From assembly GCF_035594765.1 (NCBI RefSeq), contig NC_085844.1, positions 46,453,923-46,517,922 of the forward strand: a stretch of 64,000 nt of DNA, given 5' to 3'. Source of the stretch: Anolis carolinensis (Eukaryota). The notes below the pieces were generated by a model. It did not search any database and was not told the origin of the DNA. It saw nothing but the letters and a program-made list of their open reading frames with translations. Numbering within the stretch: position 1 is the first letter of the stretch; each line of letters begins with the position of its first letter. Positions 10,583 through 23,264 of this stretch are shown here, piece after piece. Made by a program: the position numbers and the translations under genes.

Positions 10583-13347
10583 ATATTTGAAGATAATGTT
10601 CTAAACAAATTAAAATATCCAAGTCATGAGGGACATGCTATTTAAATAGGATAGCTAACACTAGATTGAAATAATCAGGTAGCTAGCTGGTGGACAGCCA
10701 TGTCAGAGAGGAATTAATTGTAATTAATTTAATTGTTTAGCTAGTATTTTTAATCACCTATTTGAGACTGTATATTGATTTATGTGATAGTTTATACAGT
10801 GTGGTCACCTAATATTCTAAATACCACTATGTGTTACTTCTCTGTTTGAAAGACAGTGGTAGTTCTTTAAAGGCACTATAATGTTAAATGTAAAAACTTT
10901 AGAACATTATTTAAACAAATGTTAGTCAGATATATTGTGAGGACTGATATTGTGGGAAGAGACCATAGGTAGTTTGTGAAATAACTATAAACTAACAGTT
11001 TAGAAGAACTGAAACACTTCTTGCTGACTGAAAAAACTAATTTAGTTGAAAACTCTGGTTTAGTTGGATATGGTGTATCTTCTTCGGTGTCTAAAAATAA
11101 TGCACACACTAAAGAACATAACCATTCCCTTAAGTAGACAGTTCATGAAAGGTATGAGCTTTCTGAGTGTGCCTGTGTTTGCTATTATACCAAAATATTT
11201 CAGTAGTTAGGCATGTATGTCTCAAAACATGCTATTAATACTGTCAAAAATAAGAACTTTGACTTTATATACTGCCCTGTCCCTGTTTGGGATAGAGAAC
11301 AAGTTGATTCTCACAAAAACCCAGGGAAGGCAAAGAGTGGTTTTTCCACTGCTACTTTTGAGTTTGTTGCTGAGCTGATTGTTACTAAGGTCCAAGTCCA
11401 TGTGATGACAGTCCATTATTTAGTGATTACACCAAACACAATGAATATAAAAGGAAGAAATAATTGAAAGAAGAAAATAATTGGCATTTTATTTTAAAAA
11501 GCTGTATCCATTTTGCTTACTGGTTGTTTTAATATTGGGATCAAAGTTATATCTATATATGTATATAATGACTAGTATTGTACATTTTTGCACATTTGTT
11601 ACCATCTAATTCATAACAAAATATAGATAAGTAGTCAAACATTCCACTTGAACCAAGGACTTTTTTAATATACAGTAGTTCTGGGCTGATTCCTTAAGTC
11701 TTAAAACCATATTGCTAGTCTTATTATTTCCTGATTACTCTAAACTAAAATATGCTATGAACTCTTTTTCTCCCTGGGTTGTTTTAATACTTTTTATTCC
11801 CATATGCACTCACTGTATACTGTTTCAGTTATAGGGGTTGTATACCGGTGTAGCCAAGGGATATCTCTATTCCAGTTTTATTTATTCTGCAGAGTATCTT
11901 GTCCCAAGTATCCGCAATTAATAATCAGAATGTTTAATATCTTTAGAATATTAATTGCAGATACTTGGGACATGATACTCTGCAATTGGTCATTTTCAAT
12001 AAATTCTGTGCTGTCTTCTTAATCCCCTTCTTTTAAAAAGGACACATTTAGAAAAGTTGAATGTCTGCTTGTCCTTACTAAAGTTATCTGACTTTGATCA
12101 ATTTCTCCTTCTAGAGTTTTGCCTTTTTTAAAGAAATAATTTAGTTCAATATGCCTACACAGAAACAGTTGAAGTAAACATTGATTGTACTCTATTTACA
12201 TGAAACACATTTATGGAAAGCATCTTATCCTTTTGTCTGTTTAAAGTTATGCTGGAAAAAATACCTTTGTGATTTTTTTGGTAGAGAAGAGAGCATTACT
12301 TCTTTCACACACATTTTGGGGACAGTCAGTTTGGCAGCTTGTAATATTTCTTAAAAATTCAGACCATCAATAGGACAATTTCTTAATTTTTCTGGTGCTC
12401 CAGAAAATTCATTACAGTGATTCAAAATGTGACGTGTTAACTAATGGAAGCCATGAGCTATAAGTTGGGGCAAGCTGGGACCAGTTCTGACCCTTTGGTA
12501 TTTCATATAAAATTATTACGTTTATGTTCTTATGCTTGGATATACAGGCTAGTTTAATATTTCAACATGTTTCTGTGCTCAGGATATGTAAATATTGGTG
12601 AAGCCAATTAGGTTGGAATTTCACTAATGGCTGTGGCATTTAGGAATTCAGTATGCAGTTTTGAATTCCATGATAGATAGGAAGGATATAAAATTATAAA
12701 AATAATACCCATGGGATTCTTCCTACTGTAAAACCACAAATTTAAGCTCCAGTTGCCTGATGAAAAATTTCTTACAGTGACCATAAATGTTACTTTAGGA
12801 AAACAATTATCAAGTGATAATTTTATGAAAGGATGTATGTTGTAGTAAGTGAATGAAGTGAATTTCCATTAGGAAATATACATTTAAAGGGTTGAATAAA
12901 CTCAGGCAGGTGTTTTCATCTTAGTCCATATCTGAGTTTCTGTGAGGATAAATGAATTTAGTGCACTATGTGCTGATCTGAATCACTTTGAAATCCTACT
13001 TACCAAGAAACTCATTATTACATAATATTTTTTCTTGGTTTAGTCAGTTTAAACTACATTGTTGTAAGAAATTGCTTTTAATGCAATTTTATAAAATATA
13101 TGCCTTACCAGGTCATTAAAGAAATGTTCTGATAATCATATCAATCTCAAAAGTTTACAGTAGTGCTGCTCAAAATGGTGGTCTACAGACTTTGGCTGGC
13201 CTATGAGCTATTAGTTCCTATCCAATGTGAATTTTCCACAAACCGACTCATGATAATCATTTAGCACAGTTATGGTCTGGATCTCTGGAACAAAGATGGA
13301 TTGGGTGGAGAATTGACAGTTCACAGTTTGAGAAGCACTTGTTTATA

Positions 13348-13573
13348 TCCTGTTTTCCCCAAAACAAGACGTACCCTGAAAATAAGACATCATGATTTTT
13401 CAGTATTTCTGAGGATGCTCAAAATGTGATCCCTATTTCAAAAATAAGCTCTAGATATAGTTGATTTTAAAAATCAATTTGGAAAAATAAGACTGCCCCT
13501 GTAAACAAGCCCTAACACATCTTTTGGAGCAAAAATTAATATAAGACCCTGTCTTATTTTGGGGGAAACAGGG
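13348..13573. mobile_element. Tc1/mariner MITE
   Basis: TIRs CCTGTTTTCCCCAAAACAAGAC / GTCTTATTTTGGGGGAAACAGGG flanked by TA. Confidence 0.75.
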
Positions 13574-16500
13574 TAGGATGTATTGTATATGGAATAGTGG
13601 TATACATATGTTCTCATTTCATATCATTCGGTTGTTTAAAAAGAGTGAGCAGTCAAATACACTTGCAAACCTTTCTGTATATTCATGTCTTATCATAGCA
13701 AGTTTTCAGTAATTTACCTGGGAAGTAAACCAGAGGGCTTGGATTATAGTTTTCCTTCTGAAAAATAGCTAAAATGTTAACAGAATAATGCTTTCGTCTT
13801 GCCCTCTGCAGCACTCTTTGCCCTGTGAAAATATACTTGTGGGAAAGAGTTTGGGAATGGCCTGGGATATAGTGCATAGAACAACTGGTAATGTTTTCCT
13901 CTTATGTGAACATAAGGTCCACTTTAAGATCTAGTAAATAGCACGATATCTAGTTGCTCTACATTTCAGTCTTTTCTGTAAAGAGAAAATATGCATTACA
14001 AAATATACCTCCTTTAAATCCCTTATCACAAATGAAATTGTTCATCTTAAATTAGTCAAAAAATGTGTTGGTGGTAGTACCTAAAAAGCAGACACATTTA
14101 AATTTAACTTAGTATAGCTCACCCTCAAATCCATATTAATGCTGCCTGGAAACAAAGAGGTGATCTTTTAGTTAAAAGTTTATGTTAATGAGCTATATGG
14201 TTATTCATATTCCAGAAACATTTCAGTACTTGAAGAAATGCTGTATAATCACTATGTGTCCATTATCAGCAATATTTGAACTGAAACATTCACAGGAAAG
14301 CTAGATTGGTGATATCTCTGGTACCTGTATATGAACTCATATAATTTTTAAATTAAGTTAAATAACATTAATCTGTTACAGATTATTCATTTGCATTTCT
14401 GGCACATTCTGTAGCCCATACTGTTTTGAACTAAGACCATCTGAGACTGTGTTTTAAATGGCCATTTATATTCTGCAAAGCAGTCTCTACTAATTTTATC
14501 ATCTAATCATTACCTTGCTTCATATATATTGAAATTACCTCCCAGTCTGGCCAGTGCAATATAGTGATCAATGGGATACATAGCCTTATCAGTAACCAAG
14601 CAAGCACAAATAGGAGCATTTGAACATTTCATTATCTTAAATTACAATGTAGCATGCTGCTAGTATCTGATGAAAACAGCTGCCAAAATAAGAATTAAAT
14701 TAACACAATCCACAGATTAGTGTGTTCCAATTGGTAAGCAGACGGTTGGGTTGATGAAATAACTCCCAAGCAATTTTGTAACTTTGTTTTTCAACAGAGC
14801 TCCAAGAAGTTGTTAAATACCATTGGCTAGTATTAATAAAGGATAAATTAGTAGATTTTGAAATTATTATATCCTTTGAAAATCTGCAAATCTAGTGCAT
14901 GACATACAGAATTCTACAAAACAATACATTTTAGTGGTTGCAACTATCTACTCTGTAATGTAGATTATTTGAAATAATCAAGGTAGTAAATTGTAATACG
15001 ATAGTAGAAATTGGTAGGAGAATTCTGTGATATACAAAGCATTTTAACAGGAATCAGATGCTCTGCCATTCTTTCTGTGCTCTGATATGACTATACCATT
15101 TCCATAAAGCATTGCAATGCAATTCGTAAGATGTAAATTAGTTGCTAATTATTTTATTGTGCTAGCTTCTATTCAAAATTGTGATAGTAAAAATGTAAAG
15201 AGACAATTAACATTACAATAAAAATCCAAAAACAATTTCAGGAAATAAATCAGAAGGCACATTCTCTCATACACATTCATTCTTTCTCTCCCTCTTTCTC
15301 ACACACACACAGAGTTTTCAGCGGCATATCTGATAACATATCAATTTACTGAAAAATTGTGTTTTCAAACTTCAGAATCCAATTAGGAGGATGGTGAGCC
15401 TATTTTTCCACTGTAGGTCAACTTCAGAATGTATTATGGAACAGTAGGGAGCCCTCCAAAGTTGGTTGTCAGGTAGCACAAAGGGGTGAAGAGTAGAAGA
15501 GGAGAAGATAACTGTGTCACAGTAGTATCAGTTAATGTGATACTGGAAGCAAGCTACATCCATTTTTGAATGCTAAGATAGCAGAAGCCAACTATACGTG
15601 TCCTGAAAGGGATTTCCACAGAGGAGGGATTGCTTTTTGAAAGCCCTGTGTAAACCAATATAAGAAATCTTCTATATGGGCTCATGTGACTTAGGTATCA
15701 ATGCCACCCTCATGGCACAGGCATGTTCATAAGTGGCCTTTCAAATAAAGTGGCCCTTAAACTCTTTGGGATTTTAAAGGTTGAGACCAGCACTTTGACT
15801 CAGAAATTCACAGTTGACATGTGGAACAGGAGTGGAAAAAAGTGATATATTCACTTTATGTCCTACCCCCCAGCTTGGGAAGCTCAAGCTGTGCACGGAA
15901 GTGATGTCTCCCAATGCTATGCGTTTGTTCACTCTCTGCATTTCTGTGACTAAAAAGAGATATGAATCCTTTAGTGTCCTAGTCTAACACTTAATACACT
16001 ACACCCTGGTGACTTGTTGCTTTGCAGTAGTCTGGTTTTAATTACTGCAAGGTCCTACATCATGCATGTTAGCTTAAACATTTGAGAAAAAAGTTTTTAT
16101 TCTCATATCTTTTTATCTTTCTACATCAGTTTAAATAATTTCCAGGGTTATTAGTATCATTTAGTATTATATCTGTTTGTGACTGAACTGAACTACTTGT
16201 TCATGTAAATCTCTCTTCTTACCTATTCCTTTTATATAATCCAATCTTCTACATGATTCATTGGAAGAAGGTTCGATCAAATTAAATAAGATTTAATGTG
16301 TTGTCGAAGGCTTAAGATTTGCTCCCATGTTCCCAAGCTAAACACTGCTTTAATTTGATAGTTGACAACCACACCTTAATTTCTGGCTGAGTACTAAAGT
16401 TGTGTGACTGGTTCTTATTTTCATGAAAAATACAGCAAAAATGAATAATGGGGAACTGAAGTTTTAGTTTGGATCTGAGAATTCTTTTGTATGAGTAAAA

Positions 16501-17193
16501 GGAACTTCTCAGCTAATGTTAATGATTCTTCTTCCTACTTCAGTATCATTTTAAATGCTGTTATGAATGAGCAGGGTTTTTTTGGGTTTTGCAGGAGAGC
16601 AGTGAGATAGGAAGCTCCATTATCCAGATTCTGTCATTTTTATTGGGCTTCCTTCTTAAACCTAAGTTATGTTTTTCCTCTATACAACACAATATGACCT
16701 GATGAGTGAAAAAAGAGCAGGGAGTAATGGAGGGATTGCAATAGTTTGGAGAGAACAGAACTCAGGAATAAAAGTCAGAATTCAAGCCATTTAAAGTTTG
16801 TTGTATGGTTTTTGCAATAGGTTTTTTCCATGCTAAGGACTTGTACTCCAATAGCTTATATTTCTAAACTTTAAGAAAAATAAACTTGAACTTGTTGTGC
16901 ATTTTTATCAAATAATTCTTTAATCTTTAATGTCATTTTTCACAGAGCATTCTTAGTGACTCTTCTAAAATAAATCACACCTTTTACACTATCTGAGGTT
17001 CTTCTTTGAATCATTAACACTCATGTAAATTTCAATACGAAATACCATCTATTATGAAATATCTATGCTTGCTATGTCCCAGTTATCATTGTGTTGAAGC
17101 CTTGGGCACTGTACTTTATTTCAATCTTTTATATATGAAGGGACCACCTTCAAAAATACAGTTTGCTTATATTCTAAAAGCAATGATGGAAGT

Positions 17194-17412
17194 TGTGTTG
17201 TCGAAGGCTTTCATGGCCGGAATCACAGGGTGGTTGTATGTTTTCCAGGCTGTATGGCCATGTTCCAGAAGTATTCTCTCCTGACATTTCGCCCACATCT
17301 ATGGCAGGCATCCTCAGAGGTTGTGAGGATGCCTGCCATAGATGTGGGCGAAATGTCAGGAGAGAATACTTCTGGAACATGGCCATACAGCCCAGAAAAC
17401 ATACAACCACCA
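17194..17412 (-). mobile_element. Penelope-like (Poseidon-type) pLTR insertion with inverted copy
   Basis: 88-bp inverted arms 17229-17316 and 17324-17411; terminal tail TGTGTTGTCGAAGGCTTTCATGGCC; 12-bp TSD AATGATGGAAGT at 17182 and 17413. Confidence 0.85.
17280..17320 (-). ncRNA. Minimal hammerhead ribozyme motif (variant GAAAUGUC)
   Basis: Minus strand CCU-CUGAGGA-U-GCCUGC(CAUAGAU)GUGGGC-GAAAU-GUC-AGG. Confidence 0.6.
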
Positions 17413-18329
17413 AATGATGGAAGTCTCTTCTTCTATCAAAAGGATTAGGCTAACTGGCACTTAAGTCAAACCACAAACATTCAGGTGTGCACTGCTAAAG
17501 TACTCCTGGAAATCTCTGCTTGACCTTGAAAGATTTTGCTATTCCCCAAAGAGTGTGTTCTACTGTCAAACAGCTCAGACTGTTATGTTTTTCTTTTATT
17601 TGGATCCATTGATTCATTTCCTTGTCCCTTCAGTTGGTTAAAGATGGATATCATACTTCATGGGCCTTTTGCCATCCTATAGATGTGTTCCAACCACATA
17701 ACCTGCACAACTTTCTAAAGTATAAAAGCATTTCCATTCTGCCAGTCCTTCATGGTGGAGAAATCTGTGTTACACACTTTTGTATGTATTATGTGTTTTC
17801 AGGTAGTAGCAAGATAACCACATACATTCTTTTTTACATTAAAAAATTACAGAGATAAATGCATTTATGAATGAAAGCAAATACAGTTATTGTGGAAGTA
17901 TCAGTTACGATAAATGTTGTAGACCCACAAGCACTGTTTCTTGTCTAACAATCTACATCACAAAGTCTTGTCTAATCGGTATAATTTGGTGGTGGGTACA
18001 AAATTATATTTGTGCCAAATGTATTCAGTAAACCTTCCAAGAATAACATGCTAGAGGAGAAAGCAGGTATTGACAGGATTCACCTTTGCTAATATTCAGA
18101 TCATCATATCTTTAAGGAGCAGATATTTTCTGAGAAAACCTCTTCTTACATTTAAATGTGAAAATGTAATGCAGTTATGTGTAAGAAAAAAATCAAAGCG
18201 CTTGCCATAATGAAGAAAGGAAGAGTCATAAACCAGTTTTGTGGGGTGGTTTTTGTTTTTTGGTTTGGGGTTTGTTTTTTTGTATTCTGTTTTTGGAATC
18301 TTTTGCTCAAAAAAAGTTCAAAAAAATGA

Positions 18330-19465
18330 AATAATAGCTACTCTGCAGAGAATATCAGTAATAAAAATAATGAAATCCTAGACAAGTTTGGAAGTGGTCA
18401 ACTATTTGCTTTCTTGACTGACAATTCAAATAATATGAAAGCAGCATGGGGCATCATAATGGATAACTATCCAGATCTTACTGCAATAGGATGTGTTTCA
18501 CATGGCGTAAATCTGTTTCCTAATGATTTTTATGAAGTTGGGCATGATGAAAAAGATCTACAGAAGGGCAAATAAAATTAAAACTGACATTTCATTCATA
18601 CTGGAGTTGAAATACATAAGAAGAAGAAAAATGAGAATAATAAAATTTTAACACTCACTTTGTGGTAAAATTAAATGTAATGATGTAATCGCATTTGAAA
18701 ATTTACGAAAAAGTTATTCAAGAAACAAAATTTGAAAATTTTCCATAATTATAAGGAATATCTTTTGAAGATACACTTTGTGGATTCAGCCACAAAATTC
18801 CTTGAACCATTTCACAGAACATTTCTCCAGCAGTATCTAAATCTGAATGCAATGGTGATCAGACATGCTTCACCTTATTGTCCATATGGAATAAGTAGAA
18901 CATTTCACACACACACACACACACACACACATTTTTGAGTAAAACTGGTTTACTCATGAATTTTAAATGGTTAAACAAATCCCCATGAGTGTCCACTGAA
19001 GTTTATCTATCTTGAGTGTCCACTGAAGTTTATCGATGGAGCCTGATTTCTAAATTATTTTGCATTATGGACCTATTCTTCATGATTCACTAAAAAAAGT
19101 TTCAACCCCCACTCCCACCAAAAAAAATTCTAGCTATGGCTGTGTTGCCAGCAATTCAGGCAGCTGCGCTCATTTTAGGTCCAAGGCTCATTAGTATGCA
19201 TTATTGATAGAAGCATTGCTTCTAGATTTGACTGGACAGGCAAACAAATGATGCATTTGGGACAGTATTGGAAAGGTATATTCCAATGTTGCAGAATATA
19301 GAACTTCTTCAAGAATCTAATTCAGAACTACAATCTGGAACTTGGTTAATCATATTCTTTCTGCAACATGATGGCAATTGCCTCTGCAACTCTAGTTGCT
19401 CTGTAAGCAAGTATGAAAGAAATTGGACAACCTTTTCTGAAATGCAATCCAGTAATATGATGTGA
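18330..19465 (+). pseudogene. Decayed hAT transposase (DUF659-type catalytic region plus C-terminal dimerisation domain)
   Basis: Frame from 18330 reads EILDKFGSGQLFAFLTDNSNNMKAAWGIIMDNYPDLTAIGCVSHGVNLF (TDNxxNM and CxxH motifs); ORF 19268-19465 contains SCSVSKYERNWTTFS. Confidence 0.75.
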
Positions 19466-19487
19466 AAGAGTGCAGAGGTTTGTTTCA

Positions 19488-19637
19488 GGCCCTTTCCACA
19501 CAGCTGAATAAAACCCCACATTATCTGCTTTGAACTGGAATATATAGCAGTGTGGACTCAGATAACCCAGTTCAAAGCAGATATTGCGGGATTTTCTGCC
19601 TTGATATTCTGGGTTATATGAATGTGTGGAAGGACCC
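19488..19637. mobile_element. PIF/Harbinger-like MITE
   Basis: TIR GGCCCTTTCCACAC / GTGTGGAAGGACCC; 3-bp TSD TCA. Confidence 0.7.
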
Positions 19638-20856
19638 TCAGTTCATGCAGCCTTTGTTTTTTGAAGATAAAAATGAAGGCCCCTCTGGCTAGTATTTTAA
19701 AAGATATAACTATTGTTAGATTGCCACAATTTTTCTTTGTGATTAATATGACATACACTCTTTATAATGATAATACAATATTGAGGTGATCAGTACTTTT
19801 GGCATTGTTAAAAATTATGTCCAAATAATGAAAGGTTCCTACTTATTATAGTTTCTGTTGTCACGTTTTCCTGTTTCTTTGATGACAAAAAATAAGATAC
19901 ATGTGGAATACAAGGTGTAACAATTTTCAGCTTTCTGTTGAATATGTTATATTCACATTTTTTTCCTTATAAAAACATGATTTTGCATTTTTTTACATTT
20001 CAAAAAATATATGAAATAGCACAATATATTAAAATAGGAATTAAATATTTCATATTGCCAAAACAGTAAAATGAAATTAAATTTTAATCTATAGGTGCCA
20101 CACCACTTGTTTTCCACACCAGTATCTTAAATTTCAGAATTGACGCTTATATTTATTTTTCATAATTCCACAGTATGATATCATGGCACCATTTCCAGAA
20201 GCTCCTTGTGAAGAATTTGATATTACATCCAAGTGCTGAAGATCAAGTATGATATTGTCTTTACCAGAAGCTTCCTTTATTAAAAGTATTAGTTTCACTT
20301 GATTTGCAGCTTATGGGCTGACTTAGTTTGTAATCTGTAGCAAGAGAAGATGGAAGTTTTTAGTCAAATATCAATGTGCTGAGTCAAAAATGTAGGGAGC
20401 GCAATTTGAGATAGCTTACTGCCTAAACCACACAGACATTAAGTCAGGCACCATAACATACATTTTCCTTTTCCATTTCAGCTACAATGGGTCTAATATG
20501 GGAGAAGAAGTGGATATAAAATAATGAATGAATGAAAAAATAATAATGTGAGTGAATTTGTGGACACTTAAATTAACTTCTCTCTAAAACTGGTGGGAGT
20601 GAGGTGGGTGGAATGGAGGGAGAATCCTAGAATAACTGACATAAATAGATATGAAAGTAAACTGTGTGACTTTCCTGATGTTGTTGGACTGAAGCTTCTA
20701 GGAGGCCTAGCTAGCATAGTCAATGTTGAAAAACATTAGGACTCCAACATTTAGTAAATGTCATGTCCTTTTAAAATGTATCTGAACCTGAATTTACAGT
20801 CATGCATAATATCTTGTATCTGTTTAATGAATTGTAGTCTATTTAATAGTTCTGAT

Positions 20857-21154
20857 TAGAGATGGGAAGGCCTGGAAAAAATGAGGGGAGGAGGGAACAG
20901 TTTTTTCCCATTTTTTTCCAAAGCCATTTTTTCCCAAAATAATTGGGTAGGGTGGAATTGTGTAGAAACAGAAGGTCTCAGAAATCTTTCATTAATGTCT
21001 TCATGTTATATTGTTTGAATACCATGTCATAGATAAATTTTATATCATTGGAAAATATTTTTCTGGAAAAAAAATGGCCTTGGAAAAAAACACAGGGAAA
21101 AAACTGTTTTTTCCCTCCAATTTTCCAGGTTTTTTCCAGGTCTTCTCATTTCTA
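20857..21154. mobile_element. hAT MITE with Ac-like TAGAGATG TIR
   Basis: TAGAGATGGGAAGGCCTGGAAAAA / TTTTTCCAGGTCTTCTCATTTCTA; TSD GTTCTGAT/GTTTTGAT. Confidence 0.75.
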
Positions 21155-21775
21155 GTTTTGATAACATGGTCATTGATTTTATTAACCTTGAAAACATGGA
21201 ATTCATATGTGCTTCTTTTATACAATAGGTCATGAAGTTAAATTTTGAAAATAGAATGGAATGAATCTCCTGTAACTCCCAACATACTGCTAGATGAGAG
21301 GAATCTACTCACTGAGGACAATTTACCCAGTAAAGGTCATCAAACAGGAATTCCATAATAAACTGTTGTATTTGTTGTGGGGAGGGATACAGCACAGCTG
21401 TGGTTCACATTATGTTATTGGTTGTCATTTTTTACTTCATACTAAAACTCTGTAAAAAATCTGTTGACCTCACCAAAAAAATAATAATCTGGAATTATAA
21501 AGATACAATAAAATCTGTTAATCTAAAACCTTCAAGTGTAATGCTAATTCAGTCATTCCACTTTCTGCTTAAACTGTAGTTTATTATTCTGGATTTTTTA
21601 CCTTGCCTACTATTCCTTATACACTCTTTCTCTGTGTGCCATAGATCATAAAAACAATGACTAAACAATTAGACTTGGCACTAGAGTACATATTATACTA
21701 AGCATGTTTCCCCCAGAAAGTCATGTACTTCAAAGAATGACTGGGGGAGCCAGTAAAAATAACATTAGGTAAGTA

Positions 21776-22109
21776 AAGTGTTCCCTCACTTATCACAAAA
21801 GTTACGTTCCAGGACCACCCGCAAAAAGTGAACATCCACAAAGTAGGGACGCTATATTTATTTTAATATTTATACTTTATATACAAATATTTGCTGCCTG
21901 GCTAACTTCCAACATGCTTCTTTGCAGCTCCTCCTTGCCATCTGCTTCGAGGGAGGAGGAGGAGGGGCTTGGACGGTCTCAGCAGAGCCTCTGCCTCTGC
22001 CATTTCTGTGTGAAGGAGAGGGAGAACGGTTGCGGGGGGGAGGGGAGAGTAAAAACCACGAAACAGCGAGTCCATGAAAAGCAAACCGTGAAGTAGCGAG
22101 GGAACACTG
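21776..22109. mobile_element. Tigger/pogo-like MITE
   Basis: TIR AAGTGTTCCCTCACT / AGCGAGGGAACACTG with TA flanks. Confidence 0.7.
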
Positions 22110-22878
22110 TATTCTGAATCTAGCATTTTTCCATTAAGGGATTACTCTTGAAAGTAGATTATGATTTTTTAATATAAACTGTTTTGATCTCCTGAGCTGA
22201 ATACCAGTTTCAGAGACTGGTGAGGGTGACTGACAACTAAAGATTTCTGCCTTGTATAGAATAGAAATGGACATATAGATATATTAAATCAGGGAACAAT
22301 TTTAACAAGCTGTAAACTATAGTAAATAACATCAATGCCAGGGGGGTTGGATGGGTCTTTGCCACGTTCCATGGTGTTTACCTTCATTTTCATGTACTGC
22401 CAAAAATTCCCTGTATCAACTTATACATAACATTACTTATCTGCTCTCCCTTCTCTTTCTTTCTACTGTAAACCATCCAGAATCTACTGTAAACCGTCCA
22501 GAATCATTTTCTGATCGAATCATTAGATATGACAGTGGGTACTCTGTTGGACTGAAAAATGATTAGCCATTTTAATAAAAACTTCAAATAGGTAAAATGC
22601 TCAAAAATATGAGTACAATAGATTCTCAGATAACCAGCATCCATAAGGATGTAATTTTTGGTTACTTGAGAGTTACTATTAAAAATATGCCTAATTTATA
22701 CTGTAACCCATTCTACACTGTGCCATAAACTCCTTATTGACTTGATGTTAATATTGAAACACAGCAATTAAATTTACATGTCTACTAAAATTGATTTTAT
22801 TTAAAGTATTATTTCTTTAAATTTTTTGCCAGTTAGGAGTTTTGGCTGCTTAAGTTTCAGTTAACTGAGAGTCTGCTG

Positions 22879-23264
22879 CAGGGGTCCCCAAACTAAGGCC
22901 CGGGGGCCGGATGCCGCCCTCCAAGGTCATTTACTTGACCTCTGCCCTCAGTTTTAGACTTAAGCTCACCTAAGCCTAATGACTTGAAGGCACTCAACAA
23001 CAACCATTTAATTAACTTGACTATCTCATTGGCCAGAAGCAGGCCCACACTTCCCATTGAAATCCTGATAGGTTTATATTAGTTAAAATTGTATTTTTAA
23101 ATATTGTATTGTTCTTTCATTGCTTTTTTTTTTGCACTACAAATAAGACATGTGCAATCTGCATAGGAATTTGTTCGTATTTTTTTTTCAAATTATAATT
23201 CGGCCCCGCAACAGTCTGAAGGATTCTGGACCAGTCCTCTGCTTAAAAAGTTTGAGGACCCCTG
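22879..23264. mobile_element. Non-autonomous hAT, OC1/OposCharlie1-like
   Basis: TIR CAGGGGTCCCCAAACT / AGTTTGAGGACCCCTG; TSD GTCTGCTG/GTCTACTG; subfamily name from recall. Confidence 0.75.

Noticed and set aside
17174-17448. Repeated near-identical short ORFs (MCCRRLSWP..., MAMFQKYSLLTFRPHLWQASS) at 17, 24, 32, 52 and 54 kb as a peptide gene family or array
   Set aside because: They are incidental translations of the Penelope pLTR on both strands; not a CRISPR-like array or gene family
18986-19034. 22-bp direct repeat TGAGTGTCCACTGAAGTTTATC (two copies)
   Set aside because: Simple local duplication inside a repeat fragment; only two units
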